A DNA stretch of 59,764 bases, filler included. It is 6 parts of 6 records of this genome, joined end to end, with 100 filler letters (N's around TTAATTAATTAA, not from the genome) between each part and the next. Parts side by side here need not be neighbours in the genome. Positions count along the whole stretch, not along the records: positions 1 to 21,061 come from DRR723986_14452; 5 more parts are not named here. One strand, given 5' to 3'. Both the position numbers and the translations under genes were made by a program. Positions 9,947 to 18,796 of this stretch are shown here, one piece after another. A model generated the notes under the pieces. That model saw only the letters and a program-made list of their open reading frames with translations. It was not told the origin of the DNA and searched no databases. Every line of letters starts with the position of its first letter. Position 1 is the stretch's first letter.

Positions 9947-12900
9947 TCATGGCGTCAGAACCAGCGATTGGTGCACAACACCTTCTGCGCTGACCAGGCG
10001 GCAGATATAGTGCCCGGCAGCCAGTTGACCGGCTTCAAAGTCGAGCGAATGAGTGCCCGGAGTGACGTACTGATTCAGGAGCAGTGCCACTGAGCGGCCC
10101 TGTAAGTCTCGAATCTCAAGTCGTACCTTCCCAGCTATCGGAATGTGGTAAGTGATACGCGTTTGCTCAGCAACAGGATTGGGTTCAATCATCAACTGGA
10201 CGGCGGATTTTTGATTTTCCGGAGTTAATGTCTGCGTCGGAAGTCCGGGATGGCCGTCTTTGGCTGCGGCCTGCTCCTGGCAGATGTAGTAGGTCCCTGC
10301 TCCACTCTCTTTTACTACGGTGATAGCCGTTTGTTCTTCGGCCTCAAAACGAAGCGGGGTGTAATTACTGGCTTTCAGATTCGGGATTTCCGTCTCCGTA
10401 GTAATGTCTTCGTCATCACAAACGCTGCCGTCGCAGCGGGTTTTAACATCCCAAAGGTTGCCTTTGATGGTATGCGGATCAAAACTACATGTGCTGCCAA
10501 CGAAGTAGTACCCACCATCATCTACCAGCGCGACGGACTCAAAGTGATCTTCCTCGCCCTCGGTACCCGGTCCGCCGGTCGGTACATCCGGTGCAGCGTT
10601 GGACCACTCCAGGCGGCCACAATCGTCGATTTTAAGCATGTAACCTTGTTTGCCCTCCGTCGCTGTTTCTGTCCAGCCACCGATAACGTAACCGCCATTG
10701 GACGCACCGGGTGTTGCTTTGATGGACATAGCCCGGTCGTCAGAGCTGCCGGTCACTGTGTAACGCCGCGACCATTGCAGGTCACCGTCGGACTGCAGTT
10801 TAACAACCAGGGCTTCGTTGCCGCTGCCGCGATTTTGATATCCGCTCAGAATGTAGGAACCATCACCATTCTGTTGGATGCTGTATGCACGCTCGTCATC
10901 GGAAGTTCCGATTCGTTTACCCCAGTCGAGGCTCCCGTCGCTGTCGAGTTTAAGCACACAAATTTCTTCGCCACCATTGCCGCCGCCGGTGGTATAGCCG
11001 GCTACGATATAGCCGCCGTCCTGCGTCTGCTGTACAGACTGTGCGTAGTCATCGTAACTGCTGCCGTATATATACCCCCAACGCGTAGCTGAGCTGGGAG
11101 TGATATCGCCCGCATTGTCAGTTTTAACCACATAAAAATTGTAGCCGCCAGGGAAACCTGGGTCGCTGTCAAATGCACTTTTGCTATAACCGGCCAGAAC
11201 ATAACCGCCGTCCGATGTTAAACCCAATGAACGCCCATGATCGTGACTTACGTTGTCGTTCGTTAACAGGCCGTAGCTGCGCCCCCACAGAACTCCACCG
11301 GCATTATCAACTTTAACAAGCATCATGTTAAATTCACTGGTGACAGACGAACCAAAACTGTGATCGACGTCTCCGGCAAAGGCGTACCCCGCCGTTCCCC
11401 CAATTAAGGCCTGCACTGAATAACCATAGGTATACATGTCCACAGGTTTATAGTGATAGCCCCAGTGGAAAGCATTCGAGCCCATATTGTCGGTCTTGAT
11501 TAACATCGCCAGACTGCCGGTCTGCCCTTTAAGATCAAAACCTGTAATAATAAATCCACCGTCACTGGTCTGCATGCCTTCCTGACCGCGCTCACGCTCA
11601 AAGCGCGCACGCGTAACCTGAAAGGTCGGTTGTGTGGAAGGATCACATTCCGGGGATTCACAAAATTCACTGTCTTCGGTGTTAATCGGCAGCGGACTCA
11701 GTACGTGGTTGGCTTGCATCAGGTGGTCCTGCTCCGTCAATAACACCCCGGAAACCGTCTTGGGGTTAATTTCTTCAAAGGGAACATCCAGCCCACACTT
11801 TCCGCAGTCAACTGCACCGCTGACTAAAAACATATCGTTGTCACCGGGACCAAAACTGGACGTCATTCCGGCGGCCGCCCACGAATTGTGGTTGTCAAAC
11901 AGGCGTGCGGAATACGCCCATTCGCCCTGACCGCCGCCGTAGAGTTGCCCCCACATCAGGCTGCCATTGGCGTCAATTCGCAGAACACTCAAGTCAAAAT
12001 TCGATAGCTGTGCCGAAGCACCGCCCAGCAGATAACCACCGGAGTTTAACTCGCGAATTGAAAAACCCCAATCTGTAGAGTTCGCGCCCACACGGCTGTA
12101 CAGGCGTGACCAGGTGCCACTGCCAAAGGTCTGGCCCCACTGATCAGTTTTGATCACATAAATTCTGCTGCCGCTGGGGCGTGTGCTGATTCCAGCAATT
12201 ATCAGGCCTCCGTCAGAAGTCTCACGGACGTCGTACCCCATATCATCTGTCGCCCCCGGATCAGGTAAAATCCGACTCCAGCTGTACTGCCCGTTGGCAT
12301 CAAACTTTGCCAAAAACGTTCGGAAATTGGAAGCTCCCGGTACCGTGCACGGATTTTCATTTGCGCCAAACAGAAAAGACGTTTTACGGTGCCCGACCGT
12401 AATAAAACCACCGTCGCTGGTCTGGTGAACTGAATTCCCCAGAGTATTGCGAAAATGCGGCATTAAGAACTGATATCCCGGCGGATAGTCATTTGTGGAG
12501 GCCCAGGAAAGCAAGTTGCCCGTGGCATCTATGCGCAGCAGAAATAGATCGCTGCGGTGGTAGGATACAACACTTGGCACCTGCGGAAAATAATCACACA
12601 CAACGGTATCACCATTGGCATAACCAGTAATCGCAAAACTGCCGTCAGCACAGGTTCGAACCGAATATCCTTCATCATCGTAACGCCGCCCGTCATTAAA
12701 CCACGGGCCCTGATAAAAATTCATCCAGACCGTGCCGCCATTCAGATCAAGTCGCATCACCATGATATCCAGGTCGCCCTGGCCAAGTTGGCTAATAAAA
12801 CCGGTAACAATATAACCATCGTGATTTCCCTGAGCATCATAAGTCAGGTCCACATCGCGAAAGCCGGAAGAGTCGTCCGCCGGCGTAACGCGAAAGAACT

Positions 12901-13189
12901 GCCGTGACCAAACTTCCGCTCCAAACTGATCGGTTTTAACAAGATATGGCACGGCCCACCCAAAAGACGTTAAGTCCGTAGTTCCGGCCAAAATGAACCC
13001 ACCGTCCGGGGTCGGTTCCATGCCGTAGGCATAATCGTTAACCATTGGCGTGGCGTTACTGTAGGTGTGCACCATCTGTGCCGTTACAGGTGCATGTGTT
13101 AACATTCCCATTGCAAGGACCAGCATTACTAGAACTTGCAGATATCTTAAGCGCAGTGTATCCGGTATGGATTTTGAAAGTTGTAGCAT
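9947..13189 (-). CDS. Large T9SS cargo protein with two beta-propeller modules
   Basis: Many QTxDGGYI/LxAG and VKTDxxGxxxW repeats; C-terminal EPNPVAEQTRITY...LAAGHYICRL; ATG 13189 follows GGAG. Confidence 0.85.
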   Translation of the reverse strand: MLQLSKSIPDTLRLRYLQVLVMLVLAMGMLTHAPVTAQMVHTYSNATPMVNDYAYGMEPTPDGGFILAGTTDLTSFGWAVPYLVKTDQFGAEVWSRQFFRVTPADDSSGFRDVDLTYDAQGNHDGYIVTGFISQLGQGDLDIMVMRLDLNGGTVWMNFYQGPWFNDGRRYDDEGYSVRTCADGSFAITGYANGDTVVCDYFPQVPSVVSYHRSDLFLLRIDATGNLLSWASTNDYPPGYQFLMPHFRNTLGNSVHQTSDGGFITVGHRKTSFLFGANENPCTVPGASNFRTFLAKFDANGQYSWSRILPDPGATDDMGYDVRETSDGGLIIAGISTRPSGSRIYVIKTDQWGQTFGSGTWSRLYSRVGANSTDWGFSIRELNSGGYLLGGASAQLSNFDLSVLRIDANGSLMWGQLYGGGQGEWAYSARLFDNHNSWAAAGMTSSFGPGDNDMFLVSGAVDCGKCGLDVPFEEINPKTVSGVLLTEQDHLMQANHVLSPLPINTEDSEFCESPECDPSTQPTFQVTRARFERERGQEGMQTSDGGFIITGFDLKGQTGSLAMLIKTDNMGSNAFHWGYHYKPVDMYTYGYSVQALIGGTAGYAFAGDVDHSFGSSVTSEFNMMLVKVDNAGGVLWGRSYGLLTNDNVSHDHGRSLGLTSDGGYVLAGYSKSAFDSDPGFPGGYNFYVVKTDNAGDITPSSATRWGYIYGSSYDDYAQSVQQTQDGGYIVAGYTTGGGNGGEEICVLKLDSDGSLDWGKRIGTSDDERAYSIQQNGDGSYILSGYQNRGSGNEALVVKLQSDGDLQWSRRYTVTGSSDDRAMSIKATPGASNGGYVIGGWTETATEGKQGYMLKIDDCGRLEWSNAAPDVPTGGPGTEGEEDHFESVALVDDGGYYFVGSTCSFDPHTIKGNLWDVKTRCDGSVCDDEDITTETEIPNLKASNYTPLRFEAEEQTAITVVKESGAGTYYICQEQAAAKDGHPGLPTQTLTPENQKSAVQLMIEPNPVAEQTRITYHIPIAGKVRLEIRDLQGRSVALLLNQYVTPGTHSLDFEAGQLAAGHYICRLVSAEGVVHQSLVLTP

Positions 13190-13228
13190 TTCTTCTCCCA
13201 AATTAAACATCAATAATGGTCCGGTATT

Positions 13229-13266
13229 ACTCTCGGTTTCACCCTCGGTTTGACCCTCGGTTTGAC
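13229..13266. repeat. 12-bp tandem repeat x3 upstream of T9SS gene
   Basis: ACTCTCGGTTTC ACCCTCGGTTTG ACCCTCGGTTTG. Confidence 0.8.
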
Positions 13267-13355
13267 TTTGAGCAATTCACCGAACACTATGTGAGCGAAC
13301 GGTATATTTCCGATTCGCAATTGGGAAAAAGTTAGAAGAATACTTGGCACATCCA

Positions 13356-13374
13356 CTACGTAAAAAATGCGTAG
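13356..13374. promoter_or_regulatory. Candidate operator (imperfect palindrome)
   Basis: CTACGTA-N5-TGCGTAG upstream of T9SS gene, between two LuxR-type regulator genes. Confidence 0.35.
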
Positions 13375-13585
13375 GAAAGCCCTAAGACCTTCATTTACAT
13401 AGACTTAGAGCCCCGCTCAAGAAACACGACGGCAACTCAGTGCTCCACTGAAACCATTGGGTAATTGATTTTTTAAACTTAAACGATGTGGGTCACGGCA
13501 GGAATGTAGATCTGACGGATGTGTCCGCATCATCGTGCCGATTTAACAGATAATTTGCAGAAGGCGGGAGGTTGACAGTGTGGGT

Positions 13586-14263
13586 TCAGGGTTGAGTTTG
13601 GTAGAACTGGAGATGCGAAACTACAACGCCCTTTGCCGGCGCCTTATGCAGTTCGAATTTGCGCCGAATAGCACAACAATGTTGTTCAATTGTTCGCGGT
13701 GAAAGCGACAGGATTGTGGCAATCGTCTTTTTGTCGTGTCCCTGAATTTGTAAAACTCGAACCCGCAGCTCACTAAGAGAAAGCTGGGCCTCCACTTCGT
13801 GCGCCAAAACAGGATTTTGCGGCACATCCGACGGTAGCGGCAAGGCATAAAACATTTCTGAGAAATTGTGCAGACGGTGGCTGCGGATTTCCTGTAACAA
13901 CTTACTCAGAAGTCCGGCGCGGTTTCTTTTGTGTTTAAGAATTGCCCTTAAGCGCTCAACAACATGTTTTAGAAACTCATTTTCAAACAAATGTGACAAG
14001 GCGCCATTAATATGCTGCCTGTAAACAAGTTCAAACTCGCGGCGCATTTCTACACGCAGGTGTTCGGACAGTTCACGTTCCAACAGCCGCCCTTCTTCTC
14101 TCATTTTTGCCTGGTAACTCTTCAACAAGTGGCGGTAGTTGTGAGCGTGAATTTGCGCACGAACCCGATTGGCCTGTTTAAGTTTTTCAAGTGCTGCAGC
14201 TGGATCCCCCTGCTCTGCCAAGCGCCTCGCAGCGTCTTTTAACTCTTGAAAGTGATTCTCCAC
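13586..14263 (-). CDS. LuxR-type HTH protein (coiled coil + HTH)
   Basis: LSLSELRVRVLQIQGHDKKTIATILSLSPRTIEQHCCAIRRKF. Confidence 0.75.
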   Translation of the reverse strand: MENHFQELKDAARRLAEQGDPAAALEKLKQANRVRAQIHAHNYRHLLKSYQAKMREEGRLLERELSEHLRVEMRREFELVYRQHINGALSHLFENEFLKHVVERLRAILKHKRNRAGLLSKLLQEIRSHRLHNFSEMFYALPLPSDVPQNPVLAHEVEAQLSLSELRVRVLQIQGHDKKTIATILSLSPRTIEQHCCAIRRKFELHKAPAKGVVVSHLQFYQTQP

Positions 14264-14610
14264 AATCTACTCCTGTCGCGGCTTTTCAGCTGTGCATGTC
14301 ACGATTCCAGGCGGCGTTCAGCGTTGAAGCGCACGTCTGCACCGGGAACATAAGACCGCTTAGGCACTATGTCAAGTCATACTTTCGGTAGCAAGTTAAA
14401 ATGTCTATCTGTTTGCTTTACTTGGCATCGATAAAATCACAGATTCAGGCCGTCAACAGTTGATTCACGGCCTGGTCGCTTTGCCTTTTCCAGGCAGGCT
14501 TCCTGAGCGCTGCGCCCCTGATGAAGGGGCTTACTTCTTTCTTTTTTGTTAATTATTGCGGCAAAAACCTGCAGCATTTAATCTGGATCGAAATGCCGGG
14601 AATTCAGGAC

Positions 14611-14675
14611 CAGTGACAAACAAAAACCTCAAAATAGCCTGAGCCCCGAACAACGTGAAGGGACTCAAAGCGGTC
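14611..14675 (-). repeat. Dispersed intergenic repeat, copy 2
   Basis: Minus strand GACCGCTTTGAGTCC...GGGCTCAGGCT..TTTTGA..TTTTGTTTGTCACTG directly after stop codon at 14677. Confidence 0.75.
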
Positions 14676-14676
14676 T

Positions 14677-17121
14677 TCAGTGCACCACCGTAAAGTTAAC
14701 CGTACGCGTTTGTTTGCCGGACTGTGCCCGCAAAATATACGCGCCGGCCGGCCATAAACTTGTATCGTGACGCCGCTCAATTACATCAGTTCCATTGGCG
14801 ACGAGCTGTTCATCAAGGAACTTTTTGCCAAAGCTATTGGTAGCTGTTAAGTGCGTAGTCTGTTGACTGCTGCTGGGCTGAAGGCGCACGGTGATAAATT
14901 CATCGGCTGGATTGGGAGCCAGCTGCAGCGCCAGTAAAGTCCGGAAAACGATGCCGTAGTTAAGGCAGTAGGCGGCATTGCTGTACGTGCCACTTTTGTA
15001 GCGCGCAGTCGGCAGGCAGCCGCGGGCATCATCGGCCTGGTTAAACTCACGAAGTTCGATCTGGCTCTGTGCTTGCGGCGCCATAAATGCGAGGAATTCG
15101 AGTTCGGTCACCTGCTGCGGGCTTTCTGTTACAGTTAATCCTTCAATTTCGATTTCTGTTAGACGCCGGCCATTAACATTTGAGGACTGAATGATTTCAC
15201 CGCCGGCGAGTTCAACAAGTCCAAGCAGGTCACGTGAATATTCAACTGTTAAACGGAATGCTGCAATTTCGAGCGGCAGCTCGGCGCCGGAAACTGCAAC
15301 TATGAGCGGCACAATTGCACTGCCATTCTCGTTTGCAAGACTAGCCGGCAGACTGAATTGCAAGTCAATATTTCCTAACTGTGTGACATCAACCTTAAAT
15401 TCAGCCTGTGCCGGACAGGCGTCACCGGCAGTGCGCACCTGTATTTGAGTATCGTCCAATGGAGAGATGCGCTGGCGCAGAGCGGTGGGATCATCGAATA
15501 ATTCGGCGGGTTCCCAGTTAACATTTTCGGCACCTTCTACCCAGACTTCCAGTTCGTCACCGGCACAGATTGTCGTATCGGCATTAACGCGCAGGACGGC
15601 GGGCTCAAGGACTTTAATGTCAAACTCACGTGTGACCGCACATGAATTTCTCTCGGCTGTGAGGCGCACAAGGGTGGATTCAAGCAGGCTGATATTTTGC
15701 TCAGCAAGCGTGTTATCGTTAAACAGTTCGGCAGGCTCCCACAGATACGTTGCGGCACCCGTAGCGCTGAGGCGCACCGTTTCCCCGGCGCAGATTTCCC
15801 TTGCGGAGATCGTAGTTTCAAATGCAAAACCGGCGGCAGTCCCGTCACCAAAAATATAGTCCATAAAATTTGGCAGGCCGAAGCTTGTGCGCGGATTAAA
15901 GAAACTGCCGAAAGATAGAATTCTGCGTTCGATATTAACGTCCGCACCAAAGGAGTTGGGATTAACAATTCGTGAGAGACGCGGACGCAACTGGGCAGTA
16001 ATGAGGAGATACATGGCGCCGTCCGGAGCAAGCTGTAATGCACCAATTGCATCACCCGATATTGGCTCGTCATGATCAAAGCGGCTGCGATTAATTGCGT
16101 CCAGGTTAAAGGTGCTGAGATCAAACTGTATTAAACCGGATTCGGTGCCATAGGCATACAGACTGGAGTTGTTGGCCGCAAATGAGGCAGAGTAGAATCC
16201 TTGTGCATTGTTTGAACGACTGACGGAAATATCGGGACTTAAAGGCTCACTGATTTCGCGCGTGGCCGGATCAAACTCAAATATCATCAACGAACTGCGG
16301 GCATCATTGTATTCGGCTTCAACGATGCGCTGTCCGTCCGGCGAGAATTTCAATTGCCCCTGGCGATGTGTGACACCGCGATTTCCAAAGGAAGAAACTT
16401 CCGGATCTTCACTTACGATCCCATCAACACCGAGGCGCCAGAGATATAGTCGGCTTGTAGCGCCCAGCGCAGATGAAACGATCACAAATTCATCGGCGCA
16501 GGCATTGTACGTTCCGGTGACTTTCTCGGCCAGGCTAATATCGGGACGCAGAACACGCTGCTCAATGACGTCGCCCAGGCCACCGCGTGCGCTAAGTGAC
16601 ACGACCTGGTAGGACATGCTGCTGTAGGCCAGCGTATGGAACTGTGAGAGGTTCTCGCTCAGGAATGAAGATACGTTGCCGGGATTAAAGATATAGTAGA
16701 TGCCGGACCGTCCGGGCTGCGGAACTATCAGGGCCGACTGACTTGTGGAATACGAAGGCTTTATGGTGCTAGTGACGACGTTCACGGCACTGCCGGGCAT
16801 GAGATTGTTCTGACGGTCCCAGACCTGCATGCCATCGGTGTAAAACAGGAGTGCGCCGCTTTGCGGGTCACTATAGGCGGCACCACCTTCCAGAGTTTGC
16901 ATGCTGCTGGTCCCGGCGCGGTTCAGTGCGCCATTGCCAAAATTCAGGACAAATTCATCGCCAAAATACCAGTTTTCGGCTTCGCGGGACTGCGAGTTCA
17001 GCATGTCGGGACAGCAGAGACCAATCAGCAAAGCTATGGTCAGAAAGCGGCAGCAAAGCTGCTGCAGCGGCTTGTTATCTATATTCAGTTGGCGCTTGGA
17101 GATGTATTGGGCACGATACAT
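14677..17121 (-). CDS. T9SS cargo protein (N-terminal beta-propeller, Ig-like repeats, cohesin-like region, CTD)
   Basis: NWYFG, LLFYTDG, KFSPDG, LQLAPDG, GLPNF motifs; ICAGE/YLWEP Ig-like repeats; APNPA...PAGAYIL C-terminus. Confidence 0.85.
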   Translation of the reverse strand: MYRAQYISKRQLNIDNKPLQQLCCRFLTIALLIGLCCPDMLNSQSREAENWYFGDEFVLNFGNGALNRAGTSSMQTLEGGAAYSDPQSGALLFYTDGMQVWDRQNNLMPGSAVNVVTSTIKPSYSTSQSALIVPQPGRSGIYYIFNPGNVSSFLSENLSQFHTLAYSSMSYQVVSLSARGGLGDVIEQRVLRPDISLAEKVTGTYNACADEFVIVSSALGATSRLYLWRLGVDGIVSEDPEVSSFGNRGVTHRQGQLKFSPDGQRIVEAEYNDARSSLMIFEFDPATREISEPLSPDISVSRSNNAQGFYSASFAANNSSLYAYGTESGLIQFDLSTFNLDAINRSRFDHDEPISGDAIGALQLAPDGAMYLLITAQLRPRLSRIVNPNSFGADVNIERRILSFGSFFNPRTSFGLPNFMDYIFGDGTAAGFAFETTISAREICAGETVRLSATGAATYLWEPAELFNDNTLAEQNISLLESTLVRLTAERNSCAVTREFDIKVLEPAVLRVNADTTICAGDELEVWVEGAENVNWEPAELFDDPTALRQRISPLDDTQIQVRTAGDACPAQAEFKVDVTQLGNIDLQFSLPASLANENGSAIVPLIVAVSGAELPLEIAAFRLTVEYSRDLLGLVELAGGEIIQSSNVNGRRLTEIEIEGLTVTESPQQVTELEFLAFMAPQAQSQIELREFNQADDARGCLPTARYKSGTYSNAAYCLNYGIVFRTLLALQLAPNPADEFITVRLQPSSSQQTTHLTATNSFGKKFLDEQLVANGTDVIERRHDTSLWPAGAYILRAQSGKQTRTVNFTVVH

Positions 17122-17431
17122 TTCTGGGCTCCTGTGCTTTGTTTTTTGCTTTTTTTGGGGGGGGGCAAGTTCACACGTCTGGGAATAGCGGGCTATTCAT
17201 CAGCGGCGCACGCTATGAGGGATAACATTCAAGCATGCGTCGGGAGTTGATTGGATTGATTGACAGAGCAACAACTGCAATCAGTAAACGATACCAATTA
17301 TTTTTGACGAGTATTTTCAGGTGATTTGGCAAAACAACACTTTTGCGGCTTACTTCACGACCGATAACAAATTTTGTTAATTCACACGATTAATTTTGGA
17401 TTACTGCAATTTTTGTCTATTATCAGAACAA

Positions 17432-17875
17432 GGAATCCGGATTCCAACAAACCATATTCTACTAACTCAAAGACCAGGACCTATTCCGTGAGGAATTCTC
17501 GTTTACATAGGTATGTCATTGAGTTTGGAGGAGACAGACGATAACGACACAGATATCGTTGCGCTTCATCTGTTACGGCGAGCATTAACCAAATCCGTGT
17601 AGCCCGCGGTCTCACTGCCCTTACTTCCGCACGCCGGCTCTCTTCCTTCCTCTTAAAAGAAAACATATACCACACCAGGTTGATTTATCTGGTGGAAGAA
17701 TCGTACGTGCCATAGACACGAAGCTGCAGCGGATGTTAAGTTAACATCGGCACTATGCTCTACGTGTTTCAACATGCCGGCGTGCACGGACTTCCACACC
17801 ATTCGAGTGAAACAAAATACGAAGCTGATGTAAGCGGGTGTTCTTAGGTCTACAGGACCTGGGAGGACACATGCT
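17432..17875 (+). promoter_or_regulatory. Long hairpin-rich non-coding leader or candidate structured RNA
   Basis: Perfect 14-bp palindrome 17432-17445 and several stems; the last stem (17838-17870) contains the GGAGG upstream of ATG 17876. Confidence 0.45.
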
Positions 17876-18613
17876 ATGAAGAAGTTTCTATTACCCCTGG
17901 CATTTGTTGCGTTTATAGGCTTTAGCGCCTGTAGCGACGAATCCAATGATCCCGGCAATTTGTTAAGTGACCCCGGAGATGTAAGCAGTGAGTCATCCGC
18001 TTATGTACTGGTTGGGCCACGCCTACTTGGCGAAGAAGTAGGCCAGTTGCGCTGGATTGAGGGCAATCTTGAGGCGCCAAACGGCAGTAATGTCAAGGGT
18101 ACGGGCGACAAAGTTCAGCGCGATGTTGAATTCCATGAGATCATCCCGGAATATTCCAAGTACTCGTACATGTGCCACGACGGCCGTGAAACGAGCTACT
18201 CGGAACCCGGCTCCGATGAAAAGTGGTGGCACATAGCCGGTGGTGCATGGGCTTCCTACTATTCAACAAACCCGAACGGCTGCCCAGACGGCGGCGAGCC
18301 TTTCCACGAGTTCATTGGACCGAAGCCGACGTCGATGCACGACATGTGGCACATCCCCAGTGGCAGAATGGCTTCGTATTACTACGACCCAATGGAAGGC
18401 TCTGTTTGGTGCCACGACCCAAGTGGCGAATACCCGTCTTCATATGTTCCAATGGATGCTATTCACATAACCGACCCGACAATCACAACTGTTACAGTTG
18501 ATGGTACAGACATTGATATTGACGAGACTACCCCGACCTCATACGTATGGGGTGGCAAGCCGATTGACCCTGAGCTGCTGCCGAAAGACTTCCTTGACGG
18601 AGTCAGCAATTAA
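17876..18613 (+). CDS. Lipoprotein with repeated H-x(5-9)-S-Y motifs (unknown function)
   Basis: MKK + hydrophobic stretch + FSAC lipobox; GGAGG SD; 8 His confined to aa 87-197 and six SY dipeptides. Confidence 0.8.
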   Translation: MKKFLLPLAFVAFIGFSACSDESNDPGNLLSDPGDVSSESSAYVLVGPRLLGEEVGQLRWIEGNLEAPNGSNVKGTGDKVQRDVEFHEIIPEYSKYSYMCHDGRETSYSEPGSDEKWWHIAGGAWASYYSTNPNGCPDGGEPFHEFIGPKPTSMHDMWHIPSGRMASYYYDPMEGSVWCHDPSGEYPSSYVPMDAIHITDPTITTVTVDGTDIDIDETTPTSYVWGGKPIDPELLPKDFLDGVSN

Positions 18614-18665
18614 GTCACTCTGCGGAGTGTGAGCAGCTGTTAAACTACGAGCACTATCGCTTCAA

Positions 18666-18698
18666 ACTGCCGGGAAACGCGCAGGCGTTCCCGGCGGT
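18666..18698 (+). terminator. GC-rich hairpin after lipoprotein gene (no U-tract)
   Basis: ACTGCCGGGAAACGC-GCAG-GCGTTCCCGGCGGT. Confidence 0.5.
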
Positions 18699-18796
18699 GT
18701 GTCTGGCCAACGTTAGCGTCCAACAGTAGCATTAAACAAAATTTCAACAGGCTCCAGCATTAACGCCAAGGCCGTTATGCCAAAAGGGTATTCACT

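Noticed and set aside
17876-18613. Lipoprotein as a multiheme cytochrome or BURP-type protein because of CH dipeptides
   Set aside because: No CxxCH and only two CH pairs far apart, so neither signature is met.
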